Source of the DNA: Phoronis australis
Lineage: Eukaryota; Animalia; Phoronida
Assembly: GCA_002633005.1 (NCBI GenBank)
Contig: NMRA01000109.1
Location: forward strand, 780,624 to 844,623
Length of the DNA: 64,000 nt
Reading direction: 5' to 3'
Part shown: piece after piece, positions 13,401 through 24,436 of the stretch
Layout: each line of letters starts with the position of its first letter
Numbering within the stretch: the stretch's first letter is position 1
Notes under the pieces: model-generated
What the model was told of the DNA's origin: nothing
Seen by the model: the letters and a program-made list of their open reading frames with translations, nothing else
The model's database searches: none
Made by a program: the position numbers and the translations under genes

Positions 13401-14110
13401 ATCCCAGTTATATAGAAATTCTCTGAACTTACGTCTGTGTTTTTATAACATCTGAGTAGAAACTGCATGTATAGTTGTGAACATAGCTTGAAAGTGTATG
13501 TATATGTGAAAGAACAACTCTGTGTATTACCTGATGTATAAGTTTCCCTCTATTATAGTTATTCTTTTCACTTGGTTTGATAAGTAAATGATGTTCAATG
13601 TTTCACCAACAGGTGGATTCTGGTCGCCAATGGTTCCTACACTCCATCTACGCCGTGCGATCTCAAGACAGCTCTCGTGTGCGCCGTAGCATCGATTTCC
13701 ATACTGTTGTCAGCGCACTCTCCAGTCCTCGTCATAAACGTGCTGTCGAGGACTCAGAGGGCATCGGCAAAGATGGACAAGGTACCAACATGGCAGTCAT
13801 CAAGCTCGACTCCAGTCTCGAGCGGCTTCCAGACGTTTTGCCAACTCTAGGTGGCGTGCCTGTTGAAAGCAGCAGCAAAGAAAGCGGAAACGGTGTACCC
13901 TTGGTTCCTATTGTTGTGGCTTCAGCTGCAGTTCTAGTCATTGCTTTGGTGGTCGTCTTAGCTGTTATATGCTGGAGGCGTAGAGGCTTAGCAGAGAAAA
14001 TACAGTATTCATCCAATGGTTATAATAACTGCCGCACTGAGGCGGCGTCGCAAGGAAGGAGCCGCGTAGTGTTAACTAAGACAAACAACACAAATAACTC
14101 CGAGGTATGA
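1193..14110 (+). CDS. FREM2: FRAS1-related extracellular matrix protein 2 / ECM3-like, 3' part (16 exons; 5' end outside window)
   Basis: Phase-consistent GT-AG exons 1193-1402, 2862-3059, 3663-3827, 4653-4835, 5288-5418, 5747-5896, 6521-6728, 7136-7300, 7673-7967, 8333-8432, 9701-9911, 10337-10441, 10860-10987, 11718-12164, 12981-13127, 13613-14110. Calx-beta repeats ([21 protein letters not shown]), FREM2-type C-terminal motifs ([29 protein letters not shown]), TM helix and C-terminal SEV. Family recognised from memory. Confidence 0.92.
2862..3059 (+). CDS. FREM2: FREM2-like exon, Calx-beta
   Basis: tttcag|TG...CCAG|gtgagt; LPTFEFKE...[18 protein letters not shown]. Confidence 0.92.
3663..3827 (+). 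CDS. FREM2: FREM2-like exon, Calx-beta
   Basis: ttgcag|GC...GACA|gtgagt; GEVQKQC...[16 protein letters not shown]. Confidence 0.92.
4653..4835 (+). CDS. FREM2: FREM2-like exon, Calx-beta
   Basis: cttcag|AG...CGAG|gtatga; [28 protein letters not shown]. Confidence 0.92.
5288..5418 (+). CDS. FREM2: FREM2-like exon
   Basis: ggcag|AG...AAG|gtaagc; ELEFSAN...[15 protein letters not shown]. Confidence 0.9.
5747..5896 (+). CDS. FREM2: FREM2-like exon
   Basis: caacag|AAC...ACG|gttagt; [14 protein letters not shown]...GYPVICIT. Confidence 0.9.
6521..6728 (+). CDS. FREM2: FREM2-like exon
   Basis: attcag|GCT...GCAG|gtatag; ACDPRYPDF...ITLDSIYF. Confidence 0.92.
7136..7300 (+). CDS. FREM2: FREM2-like exon
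   Basis: ccatag|GT...ACAG|gtgagt; [12 protein letters not shown]...GAEPFTSK. Confidence 0.92.
7673..7967 (+). CDS. FREM2: FREM2-like exon
   Basis: tttcag|GC...TACAG|gtaagt; [13 protein letters not shown]...HKCSNLLDY. Confidence 0.92.
8333..8432 (+). CDS. FREM2: FREM2-like exon
   Basis: ttacag|G...CAG|gtaaga; [26 protein letters not shown]. Confidence 0.92.
8475..9170. mobile_element. Degenerate non-autonomous DNA transposon, PIF/Harbinger-like
   Basis: Imperfect TIRs taa-gggtctttccca / tgggaaaggcttc-tta; subterminal agtgttcccat repeats; decayed Myb/SANT-like fragments ([14 protein letters not shown]). Confidence 0.5.
9651..9685. repeat. 15-bp tandem repeat (2.3 copies) just upstream of an acceptor
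   Basis: cttgactgtacttac x2 + cttga. Confidence 0.85.
9701..9911 (+). CDS. FREM2: FREM2-like exon
   Basis: cttcag|GTG...CAAG|gtgagc; [12 protein letters not shown]...[12 protein letters not shown]. Confidence 0.92.
10337..10441 (+). CDS. FREM2: FREM2-like exon (absent from ORF track)
   Basis: ttgcag|GT...CCTG|gtaagt; [31 protein letters not shown]. Confidence 0.9.
10860..10987 (+). CDS. FREM2: FREM2-like exon
   Basis: tttcag|GA...GCG|gtaagc; [23 protein letters not shown]. Confidence 0.92.
11521..11649. repeat. 43-bp minisatellite, 3 copies
   Basis: ttgattgcagatttgtcacataatgtcttacactgattggtca x3, one substitution. Confidence 0.95.
11718..12164 (+). CDS. FREM2: FREM2-like exon
   Basis: ttccag|GTG...CTG|gtaggt; VRDYSGMY...[10 protein letters not shown]...FGCLAES. 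Confidence 0.93.
12981..13127 (+). CDS. FREM2: FREM2-like exon
   Basis: tatcag|GAC...CAG|gtatgt; [12 protein letters not shown]...[12 protein letters not shown]. Confidence 0.9.
13613..14110 (+). CDS. FREM2: FREM2-like last coding exon: furin sites, TM helix, PDZ-binding tail
   Basis: caacag|GTG...TGA; [14 protein letters not shown] and RHKR, hydrophobic [22 protein letters not shown] followed by RRR, ends NSEV*. Confidence 0.92.
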   Translation: MDSGRQWFLHSIYAVRSQDSSRVRRSIDFHTVVSALSSPRHKRAVEDSEGIGKDGQGTNMAVIKLDSSLERLPDVLPTLGGVPVESSSKESGNGVPLVPIVVASAAVLVIALVVVLAVICWRRRGLAEKIQYSSNGYNNCRTEAASQGRSRVVLTKTNNTNNSEV

Positions 14111-16855
14111 ATGCTCGCGTAATCCACCCTGTTCACTTATTAATTTTAAGAATGCACACGGGAGTTTTTATTACGTTTTGAGTTCAGTTTTCTGTGATTC
14201 CAACATTCCTGGTACTGCGAGGCATTCATATCCTTAGAGGTGCCACCTGTTGTTTGATATCTTATTGTAAGTGATAGCCAGTATTATGTGAAACCAAACA
14301 GTTATATTATGATCAAATAATGCATGCTTTTATAATCGCTAGTTATGAGCACCCTTTAGGAGAATCACAAAATTATTTCTCTTTGGTAGATTGCGTGACA
14401 TTTCTCGTCACCAAACCAGAGCTATCCTTTTCTAACAAGTCAGTACCTGATTTGCTTGTAATTTGTCTGGAAGTGTACATGATACTTGCATAGTCTTGTG
14501 AATGATGAAATCTTCCCATCTGTGATTTTTGTGGGGTCTCTTCTGGCCAGTGTGTCAAGTTGGTTATGGGGTCTTTGAACAATCAAATAGATTTTTTGTA
14601 GCAGCTCCACCATGTTGTGTTCCACTGTTATTGTGGTTTGTTGGTTTGTGATCTCTTGTTTTGATATTGTATGTTGTGGCCGTACCTGTAACTCTCAACA
14701 CTGCCTGGGTATGTTTGTGTAGGTATTCACACCTCATATTTACTTTCCCACACAGTTTTATAAGAATAATTTTAAACTTAGTGGTACAAAAATGGTTTCT
14801 CAGTGTAGACATCTACACAAGTTTATAGTTTATACCATTGTTGGCGATTCTTTTACAAACAGCAAAACTTTAAAAATTGGTAAAATTGGAATTTCTGTGT
14901 TGTGGGCTATACTTATATTGTGCTCCTTATATGTCAAAAGTGTCTAACTAGTCCTTTGTAGCATGTTTAAGATAGCTCAGGTGAATTTAATGGTGAGACA
15001 TAATCGTGACAATGCCATGCACATGTAGGCATGAATTATGTTGAAATGTATAGCCTAGTTGATAAACACTTAACACTGTTGACCTGTAGTTGTTTAGAAT
15101 CTCACATTCTAATTGGCTGAAAGATACATGAATTATGAAGTTTAATGTTATGAGTTTGTAACATATTGGAAATACTGCTTTTAAAATTAAGTTGGTTTCT
15201 CCTCGTGCACCTGACCAATAATGTATCGGCATTACTCAAAACATTTTGTTTGGTGTTTCCCTAAAAATATTTCAGTAAATATCACAATTGTTTCAAAAAT
15301 TAGTTCGCCTCGACAGTGAAATGTTGAAAAATAATATATTTCACCTACTGGCTTTCCCATCTCAGAAAATTCATGGTACTGTGAGGAGAAATGGATTTTA
15401 TTTTAAGGTTGACCTTAAGTCCCATAGTGTTGATATGAAAAATCTTTTTTATATCCAGCTGATTATCTTGCTCTGAAATTATCTCCTTTCAGCAGCATTA
15501 GGTGACAGCTAGTACACACTTTTACATTTCACAGCTTGTGTGTTTGCTCAGTCCTGTTCTTAAAGATAGTGTAGTGAGCTGTTGTTGCCTAGCAACTATA
15601 AGAATCGAACATTATGGAGTCTGTATGATTTTATACTGTGAGCTCATATTCCGTAATATATTTTTAGTGTAAGTGAATCCATGATATTTTTATAAAGCGT
15701 AATTCATATTAAAAGAAATTTTAATAGTAATCAAATTCCATGTTAAAGCCTCATCCAAAATTCTGAAGTTGAGGTGCCAATCTGAGATATAACACTGGTT
15801 TCATACCGGTTTTATTTCAAAGGATCTCGATTCTGTGCTGAAATTTTGGAAAAGTTGATTTGGTGAAGTGGCTTTTATAAGGGCCTATCTTAGCACTAGT
15901 TGTCTGGGTTAGCCTGTTAGCAATTGCTTGTCATTGCTGTAGTTTATTTTCACTGATCAGATATCAATTCATTTGAGCAGTTTAAATGACTTTCCCCAGA
16001 TTGGCACTTCAAAAGTCTCTTGGTTGTCTTTTGTCTTTCCAGTATGGCAACAGTGAGATCTTGTGTGGAGTGTCAGTTTCTACAATAATTGTGAGACATC
16101 TTGCTGGGGGGTGGTGGGATAATACAACAATAATGCGCAGACAGGTAACAGTGGCACACAATAATACAATAGTCATGTACTGTAATCCAAAAGGTCTAAC
16201 ATAAGGGCATACCTGAAAGACTCCAGCAAAATCATTTCCGAAAACTCGCCAATTTCTTTAGTCCGCAATTACCACACAAGACAAGTCAGCATTCTGATCC
16301 TAAGTCTAGATCACGTACAACATCTATTGATCGACTATCAGTGCGGATTATGTAATGTTACGCAATTATTGCCAGCGACGAAAACGAACACATTCAAATA
16401 ATTTTCTGTTGATTTTTATTTAATTTAATATAGAATGGTGTGCCGGCCACACACCATTAGCAGGTGTGCCAACCACAAACATTGAAGCCACGAGTCTCAG
16501 AGATGACTCACTTGGATTCTACAGTCAGCGTGGCAAAGGACTGTAGTGTATAGACCTATTTACTAGTATTTCCATATTATATGTAGTTATCATCTCTTCA
16601 ACTAGCAATATATGTGTTATACCAATTTACTGCGTTACTACGTACACAACATAGAATATGCGTGAAAGTGCAACCAAACCGTTTTTCGCACGTCTTTCAT
16701 GGCCAAATATAAGGGAGACCTGCAGCCCGGTGTACAACAAGAGCACGAGACTACTTGTTCGAGTACAACATCCGTTTTAAGTTTATTTCATTATAATCAC
16801 TACTCAAATTAAAATGATGCAACTTAAGACGCGGAAATGCCTGGGGTTATTAATT

Positions 16856-17264
16856 AAGACGCCTACTAATTAACGACCAATTAAAGATTTATTTAAACTT
16901 TTGAGTGCAACAATTTTCTTCTAAAAGATAGTTTAGTAACTCTAGACACCTTATTCACAACTTAAGACGCGATTTTTCCTGGGGTTTGCAGATAAGACGG
17001 GGGTGTTTTGACCCCTGAGGTAGAGAAGACCCCCAAAAATGAACTTGTACGAAAGAGGATATACAAAAATTTTGATTACTACTATGGATAATAAATGATT
17101 CCAAATGAACAAAAATACCAGTTTTGATATGAAAAATTCTTGATTTATTAGTTAAGACACTTATTAATTAACCACCAATTAACGATTTATTTAAACTTTT
17201 GAGTGGAACATTTTTTTTCCAAAAGACAGTCTAGTAACTCTGGCCACCATATGCACAACTTAAC
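16856..17264. repeat. ~110-bp diverged direct repeat (16856-16968 / 17154-17264), probably transposon subterminal repeats
   Basis: Shared taattaac..ccaattaa.gatttatttaaacttttgagtg...tagtaactct...cacaacttaa; several ttaagacg motifs nearby. Confidence 0.75.
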
Positions 17265-18044
17265 GTTAGTTCGCAGCAACATTGTGAGTGAGGAATGAAG
17301 GATACGTCGCGCACGTAGACCCATAAACAAGTGTTGAGAATTTTTAGCGACTCAAAACTACTCTGCTCAAAAACGTGGCCGTCGTTTGGCGATGTATAGG
17401 GCTGTCGGATTCACGTTTTGCAAAAAAATGGGGAGTACATTTCCAAGTCAGGATCGTCTGCAAGGACCGCTTGGGCGCTAACAACGGGACATGCCAATGT
17501 GCGATGCCGGGGATATTGTCACGGATATTTGATAACAAAGGCATCTGACATGAAAAATAAGACGCTTTTCTACTGTGGCCATTTGGATCAACTATGACAA
17601 TTTCGTATGAAGCCTGCACAACTGCCTGTGGTTCGAATGTTATGTACGTTTTTGGCTAAAGATGCCCTTTGAATGACTTCGTAAGTGTCAAAAATAAATT
17701 GGGGCACCCTGGTGAACATAAGAATCGACCAAACGATCTTGAGATTCTGTTGTGTGGTTCCAGAGATAAGCCTGCACCTACGCTATTAGGCCAATTTATT
17801 TTTTGACCTAATTATGAAAAAATCAGGGTTAATGAGGTCAAATTTCCCCTATATTAGGATCGAAAAAACGCATCAAAATTTTCATGTGAACCTAAAATGG
17901 CGTTCCCTTAGCGCCAAGAGTACTGCAACGCAAAAGACCGGGAAACATAGAACCCGGGATATATAAAACACGGGACACGTAAAAACCACAGGCGTTCTCA
18001 GCTTTTGATCGTCCCCAATACAATACACTATATATACTACAAGG

Positions 18045-18777
18045 CATAGGCGGATTTAGGGGGGGCCCAGCCCCCCCCCCCTTGGCTCCCGCAAAAAATA
18101 AAACAGCAAGAGCGTAGGGAAATGTTGAGTTTATTAATTAACCCCGGTAATTATCATTATACGGCTGAAACAAGATTTAAATGTGTGCAGTTTTAGTTTG
18201 TTGGGGGGGGGGCTCAGATCCAATTTCAAGTGTCAAATTCGGAACACGGCGCAATCGTAACGGAACCATGACTAAGTATAGGCTTTCCCGCCATATCCGG
18301 ACGACCGGCAGTGGCGCTGCGCCCAACGACTCCGTTTCCGTCGTCTGCTTCACTGTGCAATGAAGAAAATTACTTCGCAGCTTTTTAAAATAGTAAGCAC
18401 ACCCTTGAGAAAGAGCGCACCGCTACGTGGTACCGACGCTCGTCATTTAATTTAGTTATACTAGTTTTACTATTTTATATATTATTCGTCGGTAACTGCA
18501 CGGCATTGCAACATCTATTTGATTTCAATGCAGCTTTTTAACTTAGACAAGTTTTCCGTGTTTTTGTTTTTCCTTTTCCTTTTTTTCTTGGATAATACTT
18601 CAGGAATATTAAAGGAAAATGCTTGATTTTTAGGAAAAAACAGAAAAAATTTCCTGGCGGGAGGAGGGTTTGCCAACCTCCCCCTTTCGGTGCTGTGCGT
18701 ATCTACAATCGTGCTTTGCGCAAATGTTTACAGACAAAATGTTGGGCCCCCCTTGTGATATCCTAGATCCGCCACTG
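18045..18777. mobile_element. MITE with CA..GGCGGAT TIRs and 5-bp TSD (CAAGG), hAT-like
   Basis: caagg|cataggcggatttagg ... cctagatccgccactg|caagg; gggccc/poly-C subterminal motifs at both ends. Confidence 0.85.
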
Positions 18778-19014
18778 CAAGGTATGACACCCCGGACTAG
18801 AAATTCCACTCCGGGTGCTTCACTTCAGCCGTTCATAACAAACATAAAACTTAATAAATTTACACAAAACAGAGGTTCAACAAACCATGAAGAATTTTTC
18901 TTTCTCCCATTACCACTTACGGTGTTCTGCTCCACCGAGTTCGCAAGAAATTCGCGGTCAAAGCACAAAAATCTTCCCAAAAAGCTCGTCCGGAGCAACT
19001 CCTTGGTCCCACGC

Positions 19015-19130
19015 GGGTACGGAATTAAACGATGAGTTACGGATGAACGGCAATTGCCGAGTTATCGATGTGGTGACTTTTCGTGATGAAGCTGCCGTAC
19101 ATCCGTAACTCATCGGATAATTCCGTACCC
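19015..19130. repeat. Long inverted repeat (38-bp arms, 35/38 matched, 40-nt loop)
   Basis: gggtacggaattaaacgatgagttacggatgaacggca at 19015-19052 versus the reverse complement of 19093-19130. Confidence 0.9.
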
Positions 19131-19952
19131 TGCGCATGTGCGATCACGAAAGCTGTGTGACTTCAGTCAGTCATGCTAAAGACACTTCAGAACATCTGCA
19201 GTAAAGTACCTCATAAATCATGGCCAGTGCTAGAGGATGAGCTCCTATTAGCGGATTCACTAATATCGATGCACTTTTCGCCGATTATTTCATGGCGTTT
19301 TACGGGTCGTTGATTAGCTGCATTTTAGATTCATTTACTTATATTATTTACAAATTCATTTATTTGTTTCATCTTGCGATGCAAAAATTCGTGGCATTCT
19401 GTGGGTGTTTTACAAGAAATCGTTCCAATTTATGGAATGAAAATTCATGCAACTGAACGGGTATATCATTTAGTCGTCACATTTTGCGTCTTCAAGAATA
19501 TTCGACGATCACATTTTGCAAATTCCTGAAGCCCTGGGATTCTCTTATTTTTGATTGTAGGATTTCAATAGCACTGGTAAACCATAGGATAACGAGGAAT
19601 CATTAATTCGTTGTAACTTCCAAGGTGATTATTTTTTTTGTTTTGCAGAATAATAAATTTCCTGCGGTTTACGTTCACATACGTGCTGCATATAAGCTCC
19701 GCATTTTACTAAAAACGTTACGTTTTACGGTGTCTTTAATTAGTGAAAAATGCGGAACAGGCTCTTGGCTCTTTGGGATGTTACACGGCTGAAGTTGCAC
19801 TGCCTCATTTAATTTAAGGATTGGCGGGACAGCCAGGAACAGTTTACAGAAACTGATATTCAACATGATCGTTCTGGTATTCCTTGAAATTGGAATTTTT
19901 TGGTAAAAATTCTTATTTTGAAGGCTTGACACATGAATTTTCCACTAGAAAT

Positions 19953-19993
19953 GGGGATCACTAGGACTTGAACCCAGAACCTCACGTCTTACG
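19953..19993 (-). mobile_element. tRNA-derived SINE head fragment
   Basis: Minus strand ...gaggttctgGGTTCAAGTCCtagtgatcccc, a Pol III B-box/T-arm; no full cloverleaf. Confidence 0.45.
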
Positions 19994-22279
19994 ATATGCC
20001 TGCTGCATTGTAAAATGACCCCGTGTCACAATTTTTTTGGAAACGTAAATCATAACGGCCAAGGAAGGTAATAACACAGAAATAACTCGATTCTCTTCCG
20101 CATTGTTCGAATAGAATAAAGGAAAAAAGTAGCTCCCGTGACAGAGAAGCAGATTAATGGATGTAAGTACAGTAGTTTAGACACGAGATATTAATAATAC
20201 CGCGGAAACTTCCAGGACCCTAGGTGGGCCCTCCACCTAGCCGTATCATGATTTATTGGTATAACAGACGTTGTCCATTTATTTAAGGTAGTACTGGGCT
20301 CACTATCTGTATGAAAAAACTATTTTTTTGAAAAAATAAGGGAATGTTTAATGGCACTGGGATAAACGAACTATTCATTTTTCCTTGTTGCGGAATAGTG
20401 GTTGTCTTCTTCATTATATCGTTAAGAGTTTTGACTGACATTCTTTTTGATGCCATTTTTGGGGGTGGGGGCAATCTCAGGCTTCCTAAGCGTCTCAGTG
20501 AGTAAATGCGTATCGTTCTCATCTGAGCATCGTAAGACAAGAACATTCGACTTTCTGTATAGTTCTTAACAGGACGTATTTCTGATAAACATACATTTTG
20601 AGTGCTCTGCACTTACAAGGGACTCGTGTGAAAACTAGATTTGGACGATGGCCTGATGGAACTGAATACAGTAATTATATTTCATCTTTCCAATTTTGTC
20701 TTATATGAATTTTGGTTGTTACGACACACCGAAAAAAATAGTATGAATAAACAAAATCCATATAAAAAGTCACATTTACTCAGTGGGAATCATGAGATTA
20801 TTAATGCATGATTCACTAGTGCAGACTCAATTTCAATGGTAAACAACATTTTTGTAACATATTTCTCGCATAAGATGATTATTACCATTTTCAGCAATCG
20901 TCCGAGTGAGTTGAGGTCCTTTTTGCCACCGGGGTAGGCCTAAACGGGATGTGAGGGGCCCTTCATTGCTTGTTCGGAGTGTTACTAACCGACTATTACT
21001 GCAGACGAAACCTTTCGCCATTGTTTTAAGTTACAAGGAACCAAACTTTTTTAACCAAAGTATGTAGTTTTATTAATTTAAGCACATCTGTAAAAACGTC
21101 CAAAGCATTGTCTAATGAATAAAAGTGGCACAAAATAAGTGAACAAGAGGATAAAAAGTTTGCATATTCGATCAAAATCACAGCGACATGGGGCCAACAA
21201 CTTAGTTCTTTGGTACGACAACGATGGAAATGGAACACAGTACATTTTAATGAAGGTACGTTGGCTACAACGAATGCAGCCTCATATTGAGAAGACAAAC
21301 AATAAACATGTACAACAAGGGTAAAAATTGCTGGATTCACAAAACGGCGGTTTCTATTTTGACACATTTCTTAACAAAGCTAAGTGTTCAAGCCTACCTA
21401 TTATGAAGTAGTGGTTAGGGATATCCCAGGACCCAACCTGTAGAGAGTACTGAAGGTTAAGCAGTGACAATTCAATTGCTTAGTATGGCGTTATTTTGAC
21501 GTCTAGCACCCAATCAAATAAAATGAAAATAAAAAATGAATGCTAATAAAAATTGGACCAGATTTGCGAAGCGCTGTAAATTACTAAGCTCCTAGAAATT
21601 ATTACCGGGCTACGGACATGATTAATCTTAATCGTAGGCTCAACTCCCAGGGCGAACTCTTTGATGCAGTTGCTGGCGCTGCGATTAATCCAAACACATA
21701 ATTTTCGCAAAATTTTCAAGTGCATACTACCTCAAAGGCCGTGGTTACCTGAATAGGTGAAAATCCAAGACATGCTAGACTTTTGAAAAAGTTAATTTCT
21801 ATTCGTATTTGTAGGTCCAAATTCACGTCATACATTCATCCGTATAGACCAGACGATCTGAACCCCGACCCAACGCAACAGGATTCAAAATTGCGGGGGT
21901 TCCATTGCTATCCCTTACGTGCGTGAACTTGGAATCCTGAGTTCACGCGCGTGACTAAGCACACACTCGCACGTTGAGTGTGTAAACCATAGACATATCT
22001 TTATAGCTAGTAAATCAAACTGTTTTAAAATTTGTGTTTTAATGTGAATTTCTTTGTATCACGGCTATTTTTTACTATTTATCACCGTGCACAGGCCTTA
22101 AATCTACCTGGCATCAATCTAAAGACCTAGTTTCTTGTATGGTTATGAGCCATCGTTAGATTTTTGTGCCTGAAACTCAGAGCTCCGCTTTGCCACATTA
22201 GGAACCAAACGACTGACAATTAATAGAGCACCTGTCACACATCCAAGAAACAACAGAACTTCATTGTAATTTACAGCAT

Positions 22280-22285
22280 TTTATT
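22280..22285 (-). terminator. Putative poly(A) signal of full-length FARP mRNA
   Basis: AATAAA on minus followed by a GU-rich element (gttctgttgtttctt, about 22259-22245); implies a ~3.1 kb 3' UTR. Confidence 0.5.
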
Positions 22286-23442
22286 TATAGTCAGATAAAA
22301 ATTTAAACTGAATACATGCATCATGAATAAACTGTCTCAGGCAGTCATGTTTTAACTAGTGAACGTCTGTTCAATTACATATGTATAAAATACCAGATGC
22401 AATAAAAGAAATGTTAACTTTGTCCATTGTAAAGACCTCTAAAATGTGCCTGGGCTAAAAATGATACTAACGTACAGACTTATCATGTTATGCTATGAAA
22501 TTAACTTGCTGGGAAACAAAATAGCACAGACATGCACTGACCACTGAGTATGTGCTGCTAAAACACCAAGATGTCAACAAAGACAGGAAAAATCCCAGGT
22601 CTTGGGGTTAACATTTCACAATTACCATCAGGTTTGGGAACCGCTGGAAAATCATTCTATTCCTTTTAAAAAGGGAAACAAGGACAAGGAAGAACATGGA
22701 ATCACATGATCTCGCCCTAATCACACCACACCACACTAATCACATGACCTCACATTACTAAGTTTTTGTGATCAGTAACTAAGGCCAAAGGAGCATATTC
22801 AGTTCTGCTCTGTTGAAAATTGAGTTGGTGGCGGTGGCCTGTGGTATTTTTGATTAGTTGTCCATTTTTTTTCAAAAAGAAAACCCACATGAGAGGAGCA
22901 AAAATGCTGAGGGCTTGTTTTTTTACTGTCATTTAGGGAATCATGAAGTTTCAAATTTTGCCTAAACCTTGCTTAGCTGCTCCAAAAAACGAGAATCTGG
23001 CTGAAATTGATGTGGGCAGGCACTTGTTAGTCAGTAAGAGCAGCTTTCAAAATGAGTCAGGGTGCAAACAAACCATGTTTTTGGCCTGACAATGAGGTTT
23101 TAGAAGGAACTACATAATCATTCTATAGCACTAACCACAGGTATTCACAATGAATTGTTTCTATTTCTAGATCGCTTTTCTTCTGTACTTGAGTTTTTCA
23201 AAACAATATGAGAAAATGAAAGAACATCATCCTGAAAACATAACCAGAAATAGAATACTTCACTTTGTTTTAAAAATCTCCAAATTTTATGTCCATGAGA
23301 TAACAAAAACACTATTCTGGAAATCACAGTAGCAAGACTTAACCAGTGACAGCCTATTGCAAAGTAGTAACAATTCATCCAATTAGTCAGACTTCCAGTA
23401 ACACCTGGTGGTACAATGAGGTATTTCTATATCCCAATAGAC

Positions 23443-23695
23443 CAGGGCTTGGAATGACCCATGACGAAAAAAGAGGAAATTTTTCCAGGTGACGTATCAT
23501 TCTACAAATAAATAGGCTTATGTGATAGAAATACTTTTTGCGTTGTAAAATTTAACTGCAAGAGAGTTTTTTTTTGCATGAATAAATTCAAAATAATGAT
23601 AAAAAAGAGATGAAAAAAGAGAAAACTGGAAATCAAATGAGAAATTGAAACCAAAAAGAGGAAATCCTCTTAAAATAGGAACATTCCAAGCCCTG
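23443..23695. mobile_element. MITE family A copy 1 (CAGGGCTTGGAATG TIR, 6-bp TSD) in predicted FARP 3' UTR
   Basis: atagac|cagggcttggaatg...cattccaagccctg|atagac; perfect 14-bp TIR. Confidence 0.9.
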
Positions 23696-24196
23696 ATAGA
23701 CACAACTCAGCCTTAGAACATATATATATGTAGAGCCTTGTATGCTGTTTAAAATGAAAGTTAAATCTATTTCACATGTCAGCTACAATCCAATAGATGT
23801 CGCTGTGTTCAGTTGTGACAACATGGCATTACTGTCAGTATCAGAAGCCATCTAGGAAAACAGCGGCTTAAATGCACTTCCCTTCTAAGATGAAAGTCAA
23901 GCTCAAAAAATAATTTGTACCTACAACATTGCAGGATTTACCGCAGTACACACACGACAAAAACACAGTCAACGATGAGATCTATCTACCAAGACTAGGT
24001 CACTCTAATGGCAAAATCACGCAAGATCCTCCAAAATACACAATTTCTCATGGTACTCACTGAACTTAAAAGGCCCACTCTTAGGGACCCCATTTCACAG
24101 GACAAACTAATCAGGTACCTGTACATTAAACATTATCTACATTTATACAACCCTCCTGTTACATCCTCTTATGAACACGAGCTCCCTGGGACCTTA

Positions 24197-24436
24197 TAGC
24201 ATGGTGCAGATGAAGAGACACATACTCAGACCGCTGGTACAAGTGCCAGTAAGCTCAGCACACTGCTCCATGCTTGGTTACTCGCAAACAAAGGAAAGTG
24301 GTCAGCCGAATATGTCAGTTGAGCTAGACCATTCAACTCTTGCCTTATTCCCATGCCTTCCTGTGACCTATGTGTTCAGCTTACTGGTAGTGGAAGCCAC
24401 TGGTTGAGCGTGTAGCTCTTCATCTGCACCAGGCCA
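24197..24436. mobile_element. Fold-back MITE (TAG-starting TIR) in predicted FARP 3' UTR
   Basis: tagcatggtgcagatgaagag...ccagtaagctcagcaca versus tgtgttcagcttactgg...ctcttcatctgcaccaggcca; ~65-bp imperfect arms. Confidence 0.75.

Noticed and set aside
15708-15713. ATTAAA as FREM2 poly(A) signal
   Set aside because: Plausible, but there is no clear downstream GU element and such hexamers are common in AT-rich DNA; the 3' end cannot be fixed.
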